The notes beneath the pieces were generated by a model, which saw nothing but the letters and a program-made list of their open reading frames with translations, was not told the DNA's origin and did no database searches. The position numbers were made by a program, and so were the translations under genes. Positions 34,472-35,313 of a stretch of DNA of 35,313 bases are shown piece by piece (within the stretch, counting starts at the first letter, position 1; the number at the start of each line of letters is the position of its first letter). The DNA is from a virus (lineage: Duplodnaviria; Caudoviricetes), in IMG/VR virus record IMGVR_UViG_3300050026_000116, positions 1 to 35,313 of that record. One strand, given 5' to 3'.

Positions 34472-35311
34472 TTAAAAGTTAATCCCACATTTCTTACCTT
34501 GCGGTATGGTTTCAGAAACGATTGTGTCTAACGACGAGAAGTCGAATGATAGTTCACGACCCTTTACCCCTTCGGCGGTCATTTTACAGCCTTTGACGGC
34601 TTGATCGACGGTGTTGCCAATGCCGACTACACAACAAGCTAAGGACGAAGATGGGAGGACGTAGTAGCTATAGCCAACCTTGTATGCTTTGAAGAGTTTT
34701 ACATACGGGCGGAGTTTATCTTCAAAGACTAACTCCATTCGATGGTCGTTAGCCCAGCCGGAAGTGCCGACTAGGACTGCGGCGTAGGCACAGCGTGGGG
34801 AGAGTTCGACAACGTTGTTTAGACCCCACGCAGCGTTAGTGATAAAGGTGTCAAGGTGCTTTAACGCCTCAAGCATCGCCGCCATTGGTGGGTGAGGCGC
34901 GCGAATTGTAAGGTCGACAGGATAACCATTACCAGAGGGAGCGACACGGACTTCGGTGGAGACAAAGGTGGATGCGGAGGTTAGGTGTGGTGTAATACAC
35001 ACATTGACGTCTTCCAGCACTTTCGGCAGTTGGCTACTGTTAAATTTACCTATATACGCACTATCCTTAGATTCATAACCATACGGATGCACCACTGGCC
35101 AGTTGCCGTGGTTACAGAGACTATCACTCCCAACCTCAACCGCAGGGTCGATTGGAGTTTCGATAATGAATTCTAACGTTGGGTCGTTGCCATACTCTGT
35201 AAAGAGTGGGGCGATAAATTGTTCAAGCGTTGTCTCCCACGTCTCGTGTTTGAATGTTTCAATCTCACGAAAGCCACTACATTTAATAAAACATTCGTCG
35301 TTTTTATGTCT
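34472..35311 (-). CDS. 5'-truncated ATP-grasp protein, PurD/GARS-like
   Basis: Frame is open to the window edge: RHKNDECFIKCSGFREIETF...EFIIETPIDPAVEVGSD...GYESK...FVSTEVRV..GNGYPVDLTIRAPHP, resembling PurD VIEEFLDGEE...EFNARFGDP. C-terminal VVGIGNTVDQAV resembles GARS_C. Confidence 0.72.
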   Translation of the reverse strand, partial: RHKNDECFIKCSGFREIETFKHETWETTLEQFIAPLFTEYGNDPTLEFIIETPIDPAVEVGSDSLCNHGNWPVVHPYGYESKDSAYIGKFNSSQLPKVLEDVNVCITPHLTSASTFVSTEVRVAPSGNGYPVDLTIRAPHPPMAAMLEALKHLDTFITNAAWGLNNVVELSPRCAYAAVLVGTSGWANDHRMELVFEDKLRPYVKLFKAYKVGYSYYVLPSSSLACCVVGIGNTVDQAVKGCKMTAEGVKGRELSFDFSSLDTIVSETIPQGKKCGINF

Positions 35312-35313
35312 AA

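Larger units (their letters stand above)
1..35313. mobile_element. Tailed dsDNA phage genome segment, podovirus-like (short tail, ejection proteins, no tape measure or sheath)
   Basis: Order portal-scaffold-capsid-adaptor-nozzle-GNAT-ejection proteins on +, converging with a PolA/SSB/Sak4/exonuclease arm on -. Dense overlapping genes; no host housekeeping genes. Confidence 0.95.

Noticed and set aside
33778-34482. 234-aa and 133-aa plus-strand ORFs, and similar long antisense ORFs (933-1550, 8240-8896, 22267-22821, 31184-31858)
   Set aside because: They lie opposite better-supported genes with biased codon usage and break the two-arm strand organisation.
1-35313. Alternative genetic code or stop-codon recoding
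   Set aside because: Long genes are intact in the standard code and all three stops end genes at sensible boundaries.

Overview
The whole window is phage DNA with a podovirus-like layout; both ends are cut mid-gene. The + strand arm (1-22781) carries exported/membrane proteins, portal, scaffold, major capsid, adaptor, fibre, nozzle, a GNAT-like protein and three ejection proteins, the last 1850 aa with an HExxH motif. The converging - strand arm (22791-35313) carries a DUF3987-like NTPase, a UDG-PolA fusion with non-canonical active-site residues, a ParB-HTH-methyltransferase fusion, SSB, a Sak4-like ATPase, a Cas4/RecB-like nuclease and a PurD-like ATP-grasp protein. I did not recognise a terminase, primase, integrase, endolysin, RNA polymerase, tRNA or CRISPR array. 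The strongest unexplained signal is the 13-bp palindrome GTCATTWAATGAC, found six times, always at a gene boundary 8-16 nt before a start codon and spread every 4.4-7.7 kb. One copy precedes the ParB-MTase gene, suggesting a parS/operator-like system. Other notable signals are a ~150-nt rod-shaped RNA candidate with a central bubble (6S-like shape), further structured intergenic elements, and a class of signal-peptide-bearing, Thr-Asn-rich, charge-poor proteins among the virion genes. All family calls come from motifs and synteny read by eye; no searches were run.
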